DNA from: Arcobacteraceae bacterium | GTDB taxonomy: Bacteria > Campylobacterota > Campylobacteria > Campylobacterales > Arcobacteraceae | DNA: 64,000 bases | Direction of reading: 5' to 3' | NCBI GenBank assembly: GCA_965224485.1 | Contig: CBDCZH010000023.1 | Coordinates: 85,450-149,449, forward strand | Part shown: piece after piece, positions 21,404-34,960 of the stretch | Layout: every line of letters starts with the position of its first letter | Position numbering within the stretch: position 1 is the first letter of the stretch | Notes under the pieces: generated by a model | What the model saw: only the letters and a program-made list of their open reading frames with translations | Databases searched by the model: none | Told to the model about the DNA's origin: nothing | Translations under genes and position numbers: made by a program

Positions 21404-21754
21404 TTAAAGAATCATCTGAATATGAAGTAATTTAGCTACCTATGCTGCCTAAAATTACTTCACTCTTTATCTTTTACTATGCAAAGTTATTTCTCACGCT
21501 ATTTTCAAACAAGACACATAATAAATTTTTAATATACTGGACGTTGTATATTCTTTTAAAAAAAGAATCAAAAGGATTTCGTATAGTCATAATTAACTAT
21601 GATGAAGAATTATAGTTAAGATATTTATTATAAATACAATTTATGCCCAAAATCCTGCCCAAATATAATTAAAAGAATATATATATAATATTAATTTATT
21701 ATTTTATAGTGGCTAAAGTAGTGATTTTACGGGAATTGCAAAGTTAAATGCATT

Positions 21755-21771
21755 TTCATAATATACCCGTA
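21755..21771. repeat. att core, copy 2 (displaced original ybgC start, MQVRVYYE)
   Basis: Identical to 16981-16997; preceded on the minus strand by AGGGGG and ATG. Confidence 0.9.
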
Positions 21772-22249
21772 CTTGCATCTTTAAACCCCCTATTTATTGT
21801 ACTTCTAAAAAAATTTATTATTAATTTTAAAATGCTTTGCATTTTAACAACTTCATATTATAGTAACTCAAAGAAACTATATATCTGTGTCTTATCTTAG
21901 ATGGTACACAATACAATATTTAGTTATATTTTTATTAAGTAGTATATCCCTTATTGTATCTTGATTTTACAAAATAAAATATTGAGATATAAAAGCTATA
22001 TAGTCAAAAAGATATCTTTTATTTTATATCTAAATATCTATAATTAAGTATATTTTCATTCTTCTTTCTTAAACTATTTAACTTAAGTTTAGTTAGAGAT
22101 TGATAATCTTATATGAAAATGAAATAATTAAGAGGGAGATAAGAAAAGAAGAGTATAAAATTAAACTTTTATTCCCGTTAAAAGAAGTAATAGATTAAAT
22201 CTATCCTCATTTTTTTAAGTTATGTATAAATAAATCAAAATAATTATTG

Positions 22250-22899
22250 TTAAATTTTTAGATTTAAGGAATAGCCCAGTCCTTTGACAATTTTGATAGA
22301 CTTTTCTGGTATTTTTTTTCTTAATCTCTTAACTAAAGCTCTAATATTCATTAAAGTAGTAGGTTCACCTTCCCAAACATATTCTTCTATCTCTTCAAAA
22401 GAGAAAACCCTATGTATATCTTTTGCTAATAATTCTAGAAATAATATTTCTTTTTTGGCTAGATTTATATCATTACCATTTTTAGATAAATAGTGTTTAA
22501 GAAATAATCAAAATAAACACCATCCCCTAAATCTAATATCTTAATTTCACAATAACACAATTTTTTAACTTTATGAATAAGTTCATACATAAAAAATGGT
22601 TTCTTCAAGTAATCATTACAACCTATTTCATAAGACAACTTAATTTTTTCATATTCATAATTTGAGCTAATAATAATTACAGGTATATCTTTATGATACA
22701 TACGAATAGTTTCTAATATTGAGATTCCATCTAAAGAAGGAACATTAATATCTAAAATATAACATTCATAGCCATCTGATATAGCACCTAAAGCTTCTTC
22801 TCCATCACAAAAAGTATCTACTTTATAACTCTCTTTAGTAAGTGAGTTTTTAATTAGATTACATAATCTTGTATTATCTTCAAGTACTAATATTTTCAT
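22250..22899 (-). CDS. OmpR-family response regulator, frameshifted
   Basis: ILVLED, ILDINVP and KKPF receiver motifs; the wHTH end (VKGLGY) is in a second frame. Confidence 0.85.
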
Positions 22900-25094
22900 T
22901 TTCTACATCCAATCTAATATTAAATTTTGTTCCAAAGGGTATGTTTTTTACAGAAATAATTCCATTCATTTTATCTTCTATAATAAGTTTTGCCATATAA
23001 AGACCTATTCCATGTCCATTTTTTTTTGTTGTAAAATATGGATTAAATATTTTTGATATATACTTAAAGGGAATTCCTCCTCCATTATCTTCAATATCAA
23101 GTTCTAGATATTTATTGACATTCTTTATGTTGATACGAATTAAACCTTTTCCCCCCTTTCTTTTTATTCTTTATTATCGCATCTTTTGCATTATTAACAA
23201 TATTTAATAATATTTGCATTAACTCATTTTTATAACCCCAAACCATTAAATTTGTATTTTCTTCTACTGTAATATTTACATCAATATAATTAAATTTAAT
23301 ATTATGTTCAATGATTGACATCATTCTGTAAACTGCTTCACTTATATCAAATCTAATTTTCTTTGAAGAAGGCATTATAAACTCTTGAAAGTTACTTATT
23401 GTTTCAGTCATATATTTAACTTGAATCATAGTATCATTAACATATTTTGATTTTTTTTCATCCCCATTCTCATTATATAATTGCTCTTGTGCAATTGTTG
23501 CAATCTCAACTAAAGGAGATTTCCACTGATGAGCTATGGATGAAAATATTTCTCCAATTTCTGCTAATTTTGATTGTTGAATTATAAACTCTTGATGTTT
23601 TATTTTCTCTCTTAACGCAAATCTTTCTTTTGTTATATCTGTAAAAATAGTTACCGTACCACTGCTTTTATAAACATCTTCTGTATATTTCGTCTGATTA
23701 ATAAGGTATATCTGTTCTTTATTGTCTGTATTTTTTAGTGTTACTTCATTATTTTCTAAAGTATTATTTACAAACTTTTTTAAGGCATCTACTAAAGAGT
23801 TTGCATTCGTAATCTTTTTAAGATAATCTTTTAGAGTTTTCCCTTTTATTTTAGGACAAGGAAGTTCCATCAAATTACAGAATCTAGAGTTTGAATCTAC
23901 AATCCTACCTGTATCATCTTGCCATACAATTGGCGATTCAATTGCATCTAAGAGAACTTTATCAAATTCCATTCTTTGTTTTAATAACTTTGCGCTTTTA
24001 ATACGTAAATAAATGTTATGAATTAAACCTGCAATTAAGAATAATAGAAATGGAGAAATTAGAAAAACAGAATCAATTAATTTTCTATGTTTATTAAAGA
24101 AAGTTTCTGGTGAATTTACATATTCTGTTTTAAAATTTAGATTTTCTATATTAAGTTTAAAGTTATGTAGCTTTTTATAATCAAAAATATATTTATAAAT
24201 ATCAAAAGTCTTTACAAAAGGTACTTTTATCTTGCCATTTATAATAGATAAAATATTTTTACCTGTATAAATACCTAACTTCTCTATTGGAACTAATTTC
24301 CCACCAGTTGAGCCTTTATTTAAAAAAAGTGTATCTGTAGTAAAAACAGGTATTGCACTATTATCAATCAATTCTGCAATTTCACTATTTCTATATAACT
24401 TGCCATATTTGTTATTATAAAATCGAATAAAAAAAACAGCTTCATTTGCTCTTTTTTTACTAAACTTTTCTTTTAACTCTAAAATTGTTGAAGACCTTAT
24501 ATAATTTACTTCAACTTTACTATTAATTTTATTAATTGTATTTTTTATAAAAATATCGGAATCATCACCATTTTCACTATTATCATTAATTATATATAGT
24601 TTCTTTAATTTTGGTATTAATTTTAAAATTATTTCTGAAATTTCTAGGATAGCTCTTTTCTCAAGTATTACTGAAACCTTATTTTGCAAATTGTATTTTT
24701 TTACTTCCTTTATTGAAAATTGTTCCGCTCCAACTGAAAGTATAAGCTCATTTGTAAAAATTTCAGAGTAATTTTTTAAAATAAAGTCATAAGCAAACTT
24801 ATCAACAGCAACAACAAGGTCATATTTTTCTTTTTCTAATTGTAGTTTATAAAGATCTTTTAATTCTTTATAATATTTTTCTGATGAGATTCTTTTAGAA
24901 TCCATATATAAAATTTTTGAGTTAATATTACTTGAATATATTACTTTTTCAATTCCTTTAATTACATCATCACTCCATTGAAAACCTCTATGATATGAAT
25001 TAATTATTAGAATATTTTTACTTGTTGCAGCAAATGAATTAATACTAAAAAGTAAAAGTAAAAAAAGTGTTAAAAAGTTTATATAAGCTCTCAT
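22880..25094 (-). CDS. Sensor histidine kinase (periplasmic domain, PAS), 3' frameshift
   Basis: SIAHQWKSPL H-box and NIVNNAKDA N-box; DNGGG and GIGLY lie in a shifted frame. Confidence 0.85.
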
Positions 25095-25164
25095 AAAGTT
25101 CTCCTAAAAATAAAATTATATCCAATAGAATAAAAAAAGAGAGTAAAAACTCTCCTTTTTACTC

Positions 25165-26217
<1,053 letters not shown>

Positions 26218-26274
26218 TCATCCTTTTATAAGTGCTTTAAGAACAAAAGTCACTCAAAGCACTTATCTTTGTCA

Positions 26275-27576
26275 TTACAAAACAATACCTGCTAACATAA
26301 ATCCAAAAACAACACTAAGTGTAATTGCAATTACACCTGGAATCATAAAAGGATGATTAAATACGTATTTACCAATTCTTGTACTTCCTGTATCATCCAT
26401 TTCAACTGCTGCTAATAGAGTTGGGTATGTTGGTAATACAAATAATGCACTTACAGCTGCAAAAGAAGCAATTGCTGTTACTGGATCTACTCCTAAAGAT
26501 AGTGCTGCTGGAATAAGAGCTTTTGTAGTTGCTCCTTGAGAATAAAGTAACATACTTGCAAAAAATAGTGTTACTGCTAACATCCAAGGATATTTACCTA
26601 GAACATCTCCTGCAATACCTTTAATTTCAGCAAGATGAGCTTCAACAAAAGTAGTTCCTAACCAAGCAACTCCTAGTACACAAATACAAGCACTCATACC
26701 TGATTTAAATGTAGAAGAGTTAATTATTTTAGAAGTGTCAGTTTTAGTAAAATATGTAATCGCTGTTGCACAAGCTAACATAAAAACCATAATTGCAGCA
26801 TTTCTTGGCAATGAGGGGTCTACGATAATTGCTACTTTTTTAGATATTAAAGTAGCATAGGTTACAACAGAAAAAATAGTAAATATGAAAATTCCAACTG
26901 ATAGTTTTGCACCTTTTTTAATCTCAACATTTGACTCGCCTCTTAATTTAATTTGTCCTTTAGCTAGTCTATCTTGATACACTTCATCATCAACTAAATC
27001 TTTTCCAAGAAAATTACTTACAAATGCAGTAATCATACAAGCTGCAAAAGTCGTAGGAATAGTAATTGCTAATAATTCAATATATCCCACCCCTAGTGGC
27101 TCTAATGCTCCACTCATAAATACAACAGCTGCTGAAATTGGTGAAGCAGTAATAGCAATTTGAGAAGCAACAACAGCAATACCTAAAGGTCTTGAAGGTC
27201 TAATTCCTTGCTCTTTTGCAACTTCTGCAATAACTGGAAGTGTTGAGTATGCTGTATGTCCAGTACCTGCTAAGAGTGTCATAAAATAAGTAATAGCAGG
27301 TGCTAAGTATGTAATATGCTTAGGATTTTTTCTTAAGATTTTTTCTGCTATTTTTACCATATAGTCTAAACCACCAGCAGTTTGCATAGCAGCAACTGCT
27401 GCAATAACTGCCATAATAATTAAAATTACATCAATAGGAATACTTCCAGGACTCATACCAAAACCTAAAGTTAAGATAAGTACACCAAGTCCACCAGCAA
27501 AACCAATTCCTATTCCACCCATTCTTGCACCTAAAAATATACAAGCCAATACAACAATTATTTCTAAACTTAACAT
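26275..27576 (-). CDS. dcuA: Anaerobic C4-dicarboxylate transporter
   Basis: GARMGGIGIG, ASPISAA and DDTGSTRIGKYVFNHPF motifs. Confidence 0.9.
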   Translation of the reverse strand: MLSLEIIVVLACIFLGARMGGIGIGFAGGLGVLILTLGFGMSPGSIPIDVILIIMAVIAAVAAMQTAGGLDYMVKIAEKILRKNPKHITYLAPAITYFMTLLAGTGHTAYSTLPVIAEVAKEQGIRPSRPLGIAVVASQIAITASPISAAVVFMSGALEPLGVGYIELLAITIPTTFAACMITAFVSNFLGKDLVDDEVYQDRLAKGQIKLRGESNVEIKKGAKLSVGIFIFTIFSVVTYATLISKKVAIIVDPSLPRNAAIMVFMLACATAITYFTKTDTSKIINSSTFKSGMSACICVLGVAWLGTTFVEAHLAEIKGIAGDVLGKYPWMLAVTLFFASMLLYSQGATTKALIPAALSLGVDPVTAIASFAAVSALFVLPTYPTLLAAVEMDDTGSTRIGKYVFNHPFMIPGVIAITLSVVFGFMLAGIVL

Positions 27577-27605
27577 TATTTCTCCTTTTTATTTAAATAA
27601 ATTTA

Positions 27606-29018
27606 TTATTTTTTACAAACCATTCTTGGTTTAATCATATTTTCTGGTTTAATTAATTCATCAAGCTCTTCTTTTGTTAAAAGCTCTCTTTCTAAAACTA
27701 TTTCATATACTGATTTTTTAGTTTCTAGTGCTTCTTTTGCAACAGAAGTAGAATTTTCATATCCTATTGTTGGATTTAAAGCTGTTACTAACCCAATGCT
27801 ATTTAGAACTAATTCTTTACAATGCTCTTTATTAGCAGTTATTCCATCAATACATTTATAAGCTAATGTTTCAAATGCACTTCTCATCATATTGATTGAA
27901 TTAAATAAGTTATATGCAATTACTGGTTCAAATACATTAAGCTGTAATTGTCCTCCCTCACTAGCTAAAGTAATAGTTAAATCTGCTCCAATTACTTGAA
28001 ATGCAACTTGATTTACAACTTCAGGAATAACAGGGTTTACTTTTCCTGGCATAATTGAAGAACCAGGTTGAACTGCAGGAAGATTAATTTCATTAAACCC
28101 AGCTCTAGGACCACTACTTAATAGTCTTAAATCATTACAAATTTTGGAAATTTTCGTAGCTACTCTTTTTAGAACACCAGATATTTGAACATAATCTCCT
28201 GTATCTTGAGTTGCTTCAACTAAATCTTTTGCTGTTACAAATGGTCTTCCCGTTACATCTTGAAGTTTTTTCTCAACTAAACAAGCATAATCAGGATGAG
28301 AGTTAATTCCTGTTCCAATTGCAGTTGCCCCTAAATTCATCACTCTTAATAATTGTTGAGCTTCTATTAATCTTTGTATATCTTCATCTATCATAGTTAC
28401 ATAAGTATGAAATTCTTGACCTAGAGTCATAGGAACTGCATCTTGGAGTTGAGTTCTTCCCATTTTTATTACATCATTAAACTCAGCAGATTTTTTTACA
28501 AAACTTTTTTTCAAAACTTTCATTGCTTCCATTAACTCATAAATTTTTTCAAAAAGTGCTATTCTTAATCCAGTAGGATATGAATCATTAGTTGATTGTG
28601 ATAAATTAACATCATTATTTGGATGTAAATATTTATATTCACCTTTCTCATGTCCTAATATTTCTAAACCTCTATTTGCAATTACTTCATTTATATTCAT
28701 ATTAACAGATGTTCCAGCTCCTCCTTGAATCATATCAACAATGAATTCATCATGAAGTTCACCTGCTATTATTTCATCACACGCTTCACAAATAGCATTT
28801 TTCTTAGCTTCTGCTAATAACTCTAAATCATAGTTTGCTAAAGCAACTGCTTTTTTTACTTTTGCTAATGAAGTAATAAATGTAGGAAACATGGAAAGAG
28901 ATACTCCTGTTATATTAAAGTTTTCTTTTGCTCTTAAACTTTGTACTCCATAATACGCATCTTTTGGTATTTCTCTATCACCTATTAAATCATGTTCCAT
29001 TCTTTGTGTCATTATCAA
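27606..29018 (-). CDS. aspA: Aspartate ammonia-lyase
   Basis: GGAGTS, SQSTND and GSSIMPGKVNPV motifs; context with dcuA and ansB. Confidence 0.95.
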   Translation of the reverse strand: MIMTQRMEHDLIGDREIPKDAYYGVQSLRAKENFNITGVSLSMFPTFITSLAKVKKAVALANYDLELLAEAKKNAICEACDEIIAGELHDEFIVDMIQGGAGTSVNMNINEVIANRGLEILGHEKGEYKYLHPNNDVNLSQSTNDSYPTGLRIALFEKIYELMEAMKVLKKSFVKKSAEFNDVIKMGRTQLQDAVPMTLGQEFHTYVTMIDEDIQRLIEAQQLLRVMNLGATAIGTGINSHPDYACLVEKKLQDVTGRPFVTAKDLVEATQDTGDYVQISGVLKRVATKISKICNDLRLLSSGPRAGFNEINLPAVQPGSSIMPGKVNPVIPEVVNQVAFQVIGADLTITLASEGGQLQLNVFEPVIAYNLFNSINMMRSAFETLAYKCIDGITANKEHCKELVLNSIGLVTALNPTIGYENSTSVAKEALETKKSVYEIVLERELLTKEELDELIKPENMIKPRMVCKK

Positions 29019-29191
29019 TCCTTTTAATTTAGAATTAAACTTAAAATAAAATTATTTATATAGTTTAATCTTTTCGATTAATAAAGTTTATAACTTGAAA
29101 ATGAACTAAAAGTGATGTTTTTATGATTTTAAAAAGAATTTTGAAATTTGTGAATAAATATTCATATAAAAAGTAAAAAGAATTAATTTAA

Positions 29192-29217
29192 AAGCCCCAA
29201 AGAAGTCTTTGAGGCTT
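29192..29217 (-). terminator. Terminator hairpin after frdB
   Basis: AAGCCCCAAAGA / TCTTTGAGGCTT stem. Confidence 0.55.
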
Positions 29218-29251
29218 GATTTTACTTAAAAACAGGGTGATTTTTTAATTT

Positions 29252-29968
29252 TTATTTTACCGTCGCTAATTTCCTCCTCATATAAGATATTTTATTTTGT
29301 AGAGGTAAATGTTTAGGGCAAGTATCTTCACAAGCTAAAAGAGTCATACAACCAAAAATACCATCATCATCTCCAACTAATTCATAATAGTCTTCATGAG
29401 TTCTTTCATCATGTGGGTCACATTCAAATCTAGCAACTCTATTTAATCCAACTGCTCCAATAAAGTTCTCATTCATAAGTTTTGTTCCACAAGCTGCTAC
29501 ACAGCATCCACACTCAATACAACGATCAAGTTCAAATACTTCATCTGCAACTTCAGGTTCAATTCTTTCCTCTAGATTAGATATATCAGTCTTTTTTGAA
29601 GTATGAATCCAAGACTCAACTCTTTTACTCATACCATCCATCCAAACACCAGTATTAACAGATAAATCTTTAATAAGTTTAAAAGTAGGCATTGGTAAAA
29701 TCATAATCTCAGTAGGTAAGTCTTTAGTTAAAGTTCTACAAGCAAGTTTTGGTCTTCCATTAATCATCATAGAACAAGAACCACAAATACCAGCTCTACA
29801 AACAAAGTCAAAGCTTAAAGAAGGGTCAAGGCTTTCTCTTATTTTAGTTAAAGCTATATATATTGTCATACTATCTGTCTCTTTAATAATATAATCTTTA
29901 AAAGATGGTTTATCATTAATATCTTGTGGATTATATTTTAAAATTTTTACTGTTAATTGTCTTGACAT
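29252..29968 (-). CDS. frdB: Fumarate reductase iron-sulfur subunit
   Basis: [16 protein letters not shown] and [12 protein letters not shown] motifs. Confidence 0.95.
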   Translation of the reverse strand: MSRQLTVKILKYNPQDINDKPSFKDYIIKETDSMTIYIALTKIRESLDPSLSFDFVCRAGICGSCSMMINGRPKLACRTLTKDLPTEIMILPMPTFKLIKDLSVNTGVWMDGMSKRVESWIHTSKKTDISNLEERIEPEVADEVFELDRCIECGCCVAACGTKLMNENFIGAVGLNRVARFECDPHDERTHEDYYELVGDDDGIFGCMTLLACEDTCPKHLPLQNKISYMRRKLATVK

Positions 29969-31950
29969 TATTTATCTCCTAGTCTAATATTTTTTCTTTT
30001 ATACTCTTCTTGAAGTGTAAAGGGCATAAGTGCATCTTGAATGTTATATCTATCTTGATCTTGTTCTTCCATTTTTTCTTCAATAGCATCAACTTCTTCT
30101 TGTCTTTTTGCACTTAAAGGATTTTCAATTAGATTCCCTTTAGCTCCATACCCTCTAAAACCAGGTGGTATCTCCATTTTCATAATATCAAGTTCTTCAT
30201 AATCAATAGTTGGCATAGTATCTCCCTCATTCCAAGAAGTCAGAGTTCTTTTTAACCACTTTTCATCATCTCTTTTTGGATAATCTTCTCTTGTATGAGC
30301 ACCTCTACTCTCAGTTCTATCTAAGGCACCTTTAGCAACACAAAGTGCTATTTTTAACATCATAGGAACTCGATATGCTTCTTCTAATTCAGGATTTACA
30401 AAAGAGTTTTTGTCTTGTATACTAATATTTTGTACATCTTTTAACAACTCTTCTAACTCTTTAACTGCAATTTCTAATCCCTTACCATCTCTAAAAATAC
30501 CAACGTGTTTTTGCATTAAGACTTTCATTGCATTTTTAATAGTAAAAATATTTTTATTACCTTTTAAATTAAGCAACTCTTTCATATAATTTTCTTGTTT
30601 ACTTACTTGTTTATGTATTACAGAAGTTTTAATATCAAGATCATTATCTATACAATAATTTGCAAAATAATTCCCAACTATCATTCCAGCAACAACTGTT
30701 TCAGAAACACTATTTCCTCCCAGTCTATTAAAACCATGCATATCCCAACAAGCTGCTTCACCTGCTGAAAATAGACCTGCTAAGTTTTGAGATTCACCTG
30801 TTGGTTTTGTTCTAATTCCACCCATTGAATAATGTTGCATTGGATGAACCGGAGCCCATCCTTTTTTACCTTCATCAGCTGGATCTATTCCTGCAAAACC
30901 TTCACAAATTTCTTGAACATCTCTTAAGTTTTTCTCAATATGAGAACGTCCTAAAATAGAAATATCTAACCATAAATGTGTTCCATAAACAGAGTCAACA
31001 CCTTTACCTTTTCTCATATGTTCCATCATTCGTCTTGAAACAACATCTCTTGAGGCTAAATCTTTTTTCTCAGGTTCATAATCTGGCATAAATCTATGTC
31101 CGTCTTTATCTCTTAAAACTCCACCATCACCTCTACATCCTTCTGTTAATAAAATTCCTGATGGGAAAAGTGGTGTTGGGTGAAATTGTACTGCTTCCAT
31201 ATTTCCAAGTTTTGCAATACCTGTTTCTAAAGCAATGGCTGTTCCAATTCCTTCACAAATAACTGCATTTGTTGTAATTTCATAAATTCTTCCATATCCC
31301 CCAGTTGCAATTAATGTTCCTTTTGCAACATAAGCTACTATTTCTCCCGTAATTAAATCTCTTACAATTGCCCCATAACATCTATTTTTTTCATGAATAA
31401 GAGCTATTGCTTCTTTTCTATCTTCAATATTAACATCTAATTTTAAAGCTTCATTTGCTACTGCAAACAACATTGTATGTCCTGTTGCATCTGCTGTATA
31501 ACAGGTTCTCCACTTTTTAGTTCCACCAAAATCTCTTGCTGTTATTAAGCCATGTTTATCATCTGCTTCATGTATTGTTGTTTTTTTTGTATTGATTACT
31601 GCTTGATGATCACCTTTTTGTATTCTACTCCAAGGAACACCCCACGCAGCTAATTCTCTAATTGCTTTAGGCGCAGTTGTTACAAACATTCTTGCAACTT
31701 CTTGATCACAGCCCCAATCACTTCCTTTTACAGTATCACTAAAGTGAATATCTTCATTATCACCTTCACTCATTTTTGCATTACCTAAAGAGGCTTGCAT
31801 TCCACCTTGAGCTGCTGCACTGTGCGATCTTTTTACTGGTACTAAACTTAAAACTGTTGTACTTAATCCTTTTTGTGCAGCTGCTACTGCTGATCTAAGT
31901 CCTGCTAACCCACCACCTATTACTAATGCATCACAATATTTAATTTTCAT
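29968..31950 (-). CDS. frdA: Fumarate reductase flavoprotein subunit
   Basis: [15 protein letters not shown] and [10 protein letters not shown] motifs. Confidence 0.97.
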   Translation of the reverse strand: MKIKYCDALVIGGGLAGLRSAVAAAQKGLSTTVLSLVPVKRSHSAAAQGGMQASLGNAKMSEGDNEDIHFSDTVKGSDWGCDQEVARMFVTTAPKAIRELAAWGVPWSRIQKGDHQAVINTKKTTIHEADDKHGLITARDFGGTKKWRTCYTADATGHTMLFAVANEALKLDVNIEDRKEAIALIHEKNRCYGAIVRDLITGEIVAYVAKGTLIATGGYGRIYEITTNAVICEGIGTAIALETGIAKLGNMEAVQFHPTPLFPSGILLTEGCRGDGGVLRDKDGHRFMPDYEPEKKDLASRDVVSRRMMEHMRKGKGVDSVYGTHLWLDISILGRSHIEKNLRDVQEICEGFAGIDPADEGKKGWAPVHPMQHYSMGGIRTKPTGESQNLAGLFSAGEAACWDMHGFNRLGGNSVSETVVAGMIVGNYFANYCIDNDLDIKTSVIHKQVSKQENYMKELLNLKGNKNIFTIKNAMKVLMQKHVGIFRDGKGLEIAVKELEELLKDVQNISIQDKNSFVNPELEEAYRVPMMLKIALCVAKGALDRTESRGAHTREDYPKRDDEKWLKRTLTSWNEGDTMPTIDYEELDIMKMEIPPGFRGYGAKGNLIENPLSAKRQEEVDAIEEKMEEQDQDRYNIQDALMPFTLQEEYKRKNIRLGDK

Positions 31951-31960
31951 TATTTAACCT

Positions 31961-32740
31961 TTACTTATATAACGTTTGATGCACTTGTGCATTATTAGGT
32001 ACATATTTAACATTACCATCTTGTTCTAGTCCAATTTTTACATAAGCTAATAATGTAATAAAACCTAAAATTAAGAAGAAGTAACTTATTATTTTTTTAA
32101 TTTTTATTAGATTTTTTCTTGTTTGTTTTGGATTACTTCCATCAAACCATCCCCATTTCATTGCTGCTCTATATAATCCAACTGATCCATGTATCTCAAC
32201 ACTAATTAATAAAACTATATATAAAGCCCACATATATTCACTTGTTACTCTATGTGCACTTGCATATGGTCCTATATTTTCAGGTTGTGTAAACATTATA
32301 TATAGATGTATCATTGATAGAAACATCATTACTGCTCCACTAATCCATTGGAACATCCACATTGATGTATCACTATGTTTCATTAGTTTAGTATGTTCTT
32401 TTACTCTTAAGTATGTTCTGTAACTTGTTGGAAATTTTCGTACACCTAAAATTGCATGTACTATAAATATACAGGTAATAAAAAATACTATAACACTAAC
32501 AACTGCTGGTATTCCACCTTCAAATAAAAAATCAAGTTCAAATAATTTTGTAACTTTATACATTACATCTTCACCTAATAATATAGTTGATACAAATAAC
32601 ATATGTCCCATCATAAATAGTGCTAGTACTACTCCTGATGCTGTTAATAATTTATCTAATTTTGCGGGTACTCTACTTTTCTTACCTTGAGAATCTATTC
32701 CCATATATGATTCTATTACTTTCTCCATCTTTGCCTCCAT
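31961..32740 (-). CDS. frdC: Fumarate reductase diheme cytochrome b subunit
   Basis: Five TM segments with His ligands; HGSVGLYRAAMKWGWF (Wolinella type). Confidence 0.95.
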   Translation of the reverse strand: MEAKMEKVIESYMGIDSQGKKSRVPAKLDKLLTASGVVLALFMMGHMLFVSTILLGEDVMYKVTKLFELDFLFEGGIPAVVSVIVFFITCIFIVHAILGVRKFPTSYRTYLRVKEHTKLMKHSDTSMWMFQWISGAVMMFLSMIHLYIMFTQPENIGPYASAHRVTSEYMWALYIVLLISVEIHGSVGLYRAAMKWGWFDGSNPKQTRKNLIKIKKIISYFFLILGFITLLAYVKIGLEQDGNVKYVPNNAQVHQTLYK

Positions 32741-33053
32741 ATTAAATATATTTTTTATTTGAAGAAGTTTATTCTTTTGAAATGACTTAAAAGTTATTTT
32801 TTATTAATTTATTAAAAAATATGAAATAGTTAAAATATGAGAAGAAAAGGTAATTAGTGGAATAATATGAGGTGAAAAAAGTAAGGAAATATTCTTTTGG
32901 TGCACTTTCTAAATCTTTTCTCATGTACTAAAACAGACCTTGATTATCATGAAAATTTTAAAACTAAAGTACAATCCAGAGAAATAGTATTAGAATATCT
33001 AGAAATACTGGGTTATCTTATTTGTATTTCTAGATTATTACCTCTAAATAAGA

Positions 33054-34106
33054 TTACTTAATTATTTTTTCACTAAGAAAAGAAAAGAAATAAAATTTAT
33101 CAGGGTTTAAATAAATATCTATATTTTTTATATCAAATTCTATAAAAACATTGCATTTGATTATTATTTGTGTATTTTCTATTTTTGTATATATTAAGCT
33201 TTCAGCTCCTAAATGTTCAATCATATCAATATATATATTTATCTTGATACTATTTGTGAAATCTTTAAAAGAAATATCTTCTGCTTTAATACCTAAAAAG
33301 ATTTTATTTTCATCTATTACATTCTTTAACATATGCGTTTTATTATCTATTTTAATACAATTATTTTCTACTTTTAATTCGATTATATTCATAGGAGGAG
33401 AACCCATAAATTTAGAAACAAATACCGTCTTTGGTTCTTTATATATTTCAGATGGAGTACCAATTTGTTCAATAATACCGTTATTAATAAGTACAATCTT
33501 ATCAGCCAACGTCATTGCTTCAACTTGATCATGAGTAACATAAATAGAAGTAATACCCAACTTGTCATGAAGCTTTCTAATTTCTATTCTCATTTTATGT
33601 CTTAATTTTGCATCTAAGTTTGATAAAGGTTCATCAAATAGAAAAATCTTGGGTTCTCTTATTATTGCTCTTCCCATTGCTACTCTTTGCTTTTGTCCAC
33701 CACTTAACTCATTTGGTTTTCTTTTTAAAAGCTCTTCTATTTGAAGAATTTTAGATATATTTTTAACTTTTTCTAAAATTATCTCTTTATTTATTTTTCT
33801 ATTTTTTAAACCATAAGATAAATTTTGTTCAACATTCATATGAGGATAAAGAGCATAGTTTTGAAAAACCATTGCTATATCTCTATCTGCTGGAGTAACA
33901 TCGTTAATTAATTTATTTGAAAGAAATATATCACCTTTAGTAACTTCTTCTAATCCTGCAATCATACGAAGAAGAGATGATTTACCACAACCACTTGGTC
34001 CTACAATAACAACAAACTCACCTTTTTCTACATGAAGATTTATATTCTTAATAATATTATTTTTGTTGTAAGTTTTTGAAATATTATTTAGTTCTAGATA
34101 TGCCAT
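33054..34106 (-). CDS. ugpC: sn-Glycerol-3-phosphate ABC transporter ATPase
   Basis: [16 protein letters not shown] and FDEPLSNLD motifs. Confidence 0.85.
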   Translation of the reverse strand: MAYLELNNISKTYNKNNIIKNINLHVEKGEFVVIVGPSGCGKSSLLRMIAGLEEVTKGDIFLSNKLINDVTPADRDIAMVFQNYALYPHMNVEQNLSYGLKNRKINKEIILEKVKNISKILQIEELLKRKPNELSGGQKQRVAMGRAIIREPKIFLFDEPLSNLDAKLRHKMRIEIRKLHDKLGITSIYVTHDQVEAMTLADKIVLINNGIIEQIGTPSEIYKEPKTVFVSKFMGSPPMNIIELKVENNCIKIDNKTHMLKNVIDENKIFLGIKAEDISFKDFTNSIKINIYIDMIEHLGAESLIYTKIENTQIIIKCNVFIEFDIKNIDIYLNPDKFYFFSFLSEKIIK

Positions 34107-34114
34107 TACTTTCC

Positions 34115-34960
34115 TTATTTTTCTGAATCTACTAGGCCTTTAACAAACCATTTTTGAAATAGTACAACTATTAATACTGGGATTATAAGAGATAAAATAA
34201 TCATCGCAAATGCTTTATTATATTCAGGTAGATAACTACCTTCAAAGTTACTTTGATAGATTTCTTTTATTCCTAAAAGTATAGTTGAATACTGAGGATC
34301 TGTTACCATCATAATGGGCCATAAATATTGATTCCAACCTACAATAAACATAACAATAAACAAAGAAGCCATCATTGTTTTAGATAAAGGTAAAAGTATA
34401 TCAATAAAAAATTGCCAGCTATTTGCACCATCCATTTTAGCAGCTTCAAGAAGCTCATCTGGAATTGATTTATAAAATTGCCTAAAGAAGAATGTACCAG
34501 TTGCAGAAGCAATTAAAGGTATAATTAAACCTGTATAAGAGTTTAAAAGATTTAACTTAGCAAGTACTTCAAAAGATGGAATAATTCTAACTTCAATAGG
34601 TAACAGAAGTGTCAAAAAAATTACCCAAAAAAGAAAATTTGCCATTTTAAATCTAAAATAGACAATTGCATATGCTGCCATAGATGAAATAATTACCTTT
34701 CCAATTGCAAATCCTAAGGCCAGTATTAAAGAGTTAAGAATCATCTTAAGTGCTGTTATTTGCTTCGTATATCCATTATTATCAAATAAGATACTTTTAT
34801 AAGTATTTATAAAATTATCTCCTAATGTAAATTGTAAACCATAATTTAATATAGTTTCAGGAGAATGCGTTGAAGAAGCAAATATAACCCATATTGGCAA
34901 TAAAAATACTAAAGAAGATAATATTAAAAATACATGAGATAGAAAATCAGAAATTTTAAT
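34115..34960 (-). CDS. ugpE: Glycerol-3-phosphate ABC permease
   Basis: EAA motif and [15 protein letters not shown]; the frame is open upstream of the TTG at 34900. Confidence 0.8.
   Translation of the reverse strand: MKISDFLSHVFLILSSLVFLLPIWVIFASSTHSPETILNYGLQFTLGDNFINTYKSILFDNNGYTKQITALKMILNSLILALGFAIGKVIISSMAAYAIVYFRFKMANFLFWVIFLTLLLPIEVRIIPSFEVLAKLNLLNSYTGLIIPLIASATGTFFFRQFYKSIPDELLEAAKMDGANSWQFFIDILLPLSKTMMASLFIVMFIVGWNQYLWPIMMVTDPQYSTILLGIKEIYQSNFEGSYLPEYNKAFAMIILSLIIPVLIVVLFQKWFVKGLVDSEK

Larger units (their letters stand above)
16981..21771. mobile_element. 4.8-kb integrative rolling-circle element (satellite/integrated-plasmid-like)
   Basis: Bounded by a 17-bp direct repeat; encodes a tyrosine integrase, an Xis-like protein, an HUH Rep, an SSB-like protein and a divergent regulator. 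Confidence 0.85.

Noticed and set aside
16981..21771. Complete prophage
   Set aside because: No structural, morphogenesis or lysis genes lie between the att sites.
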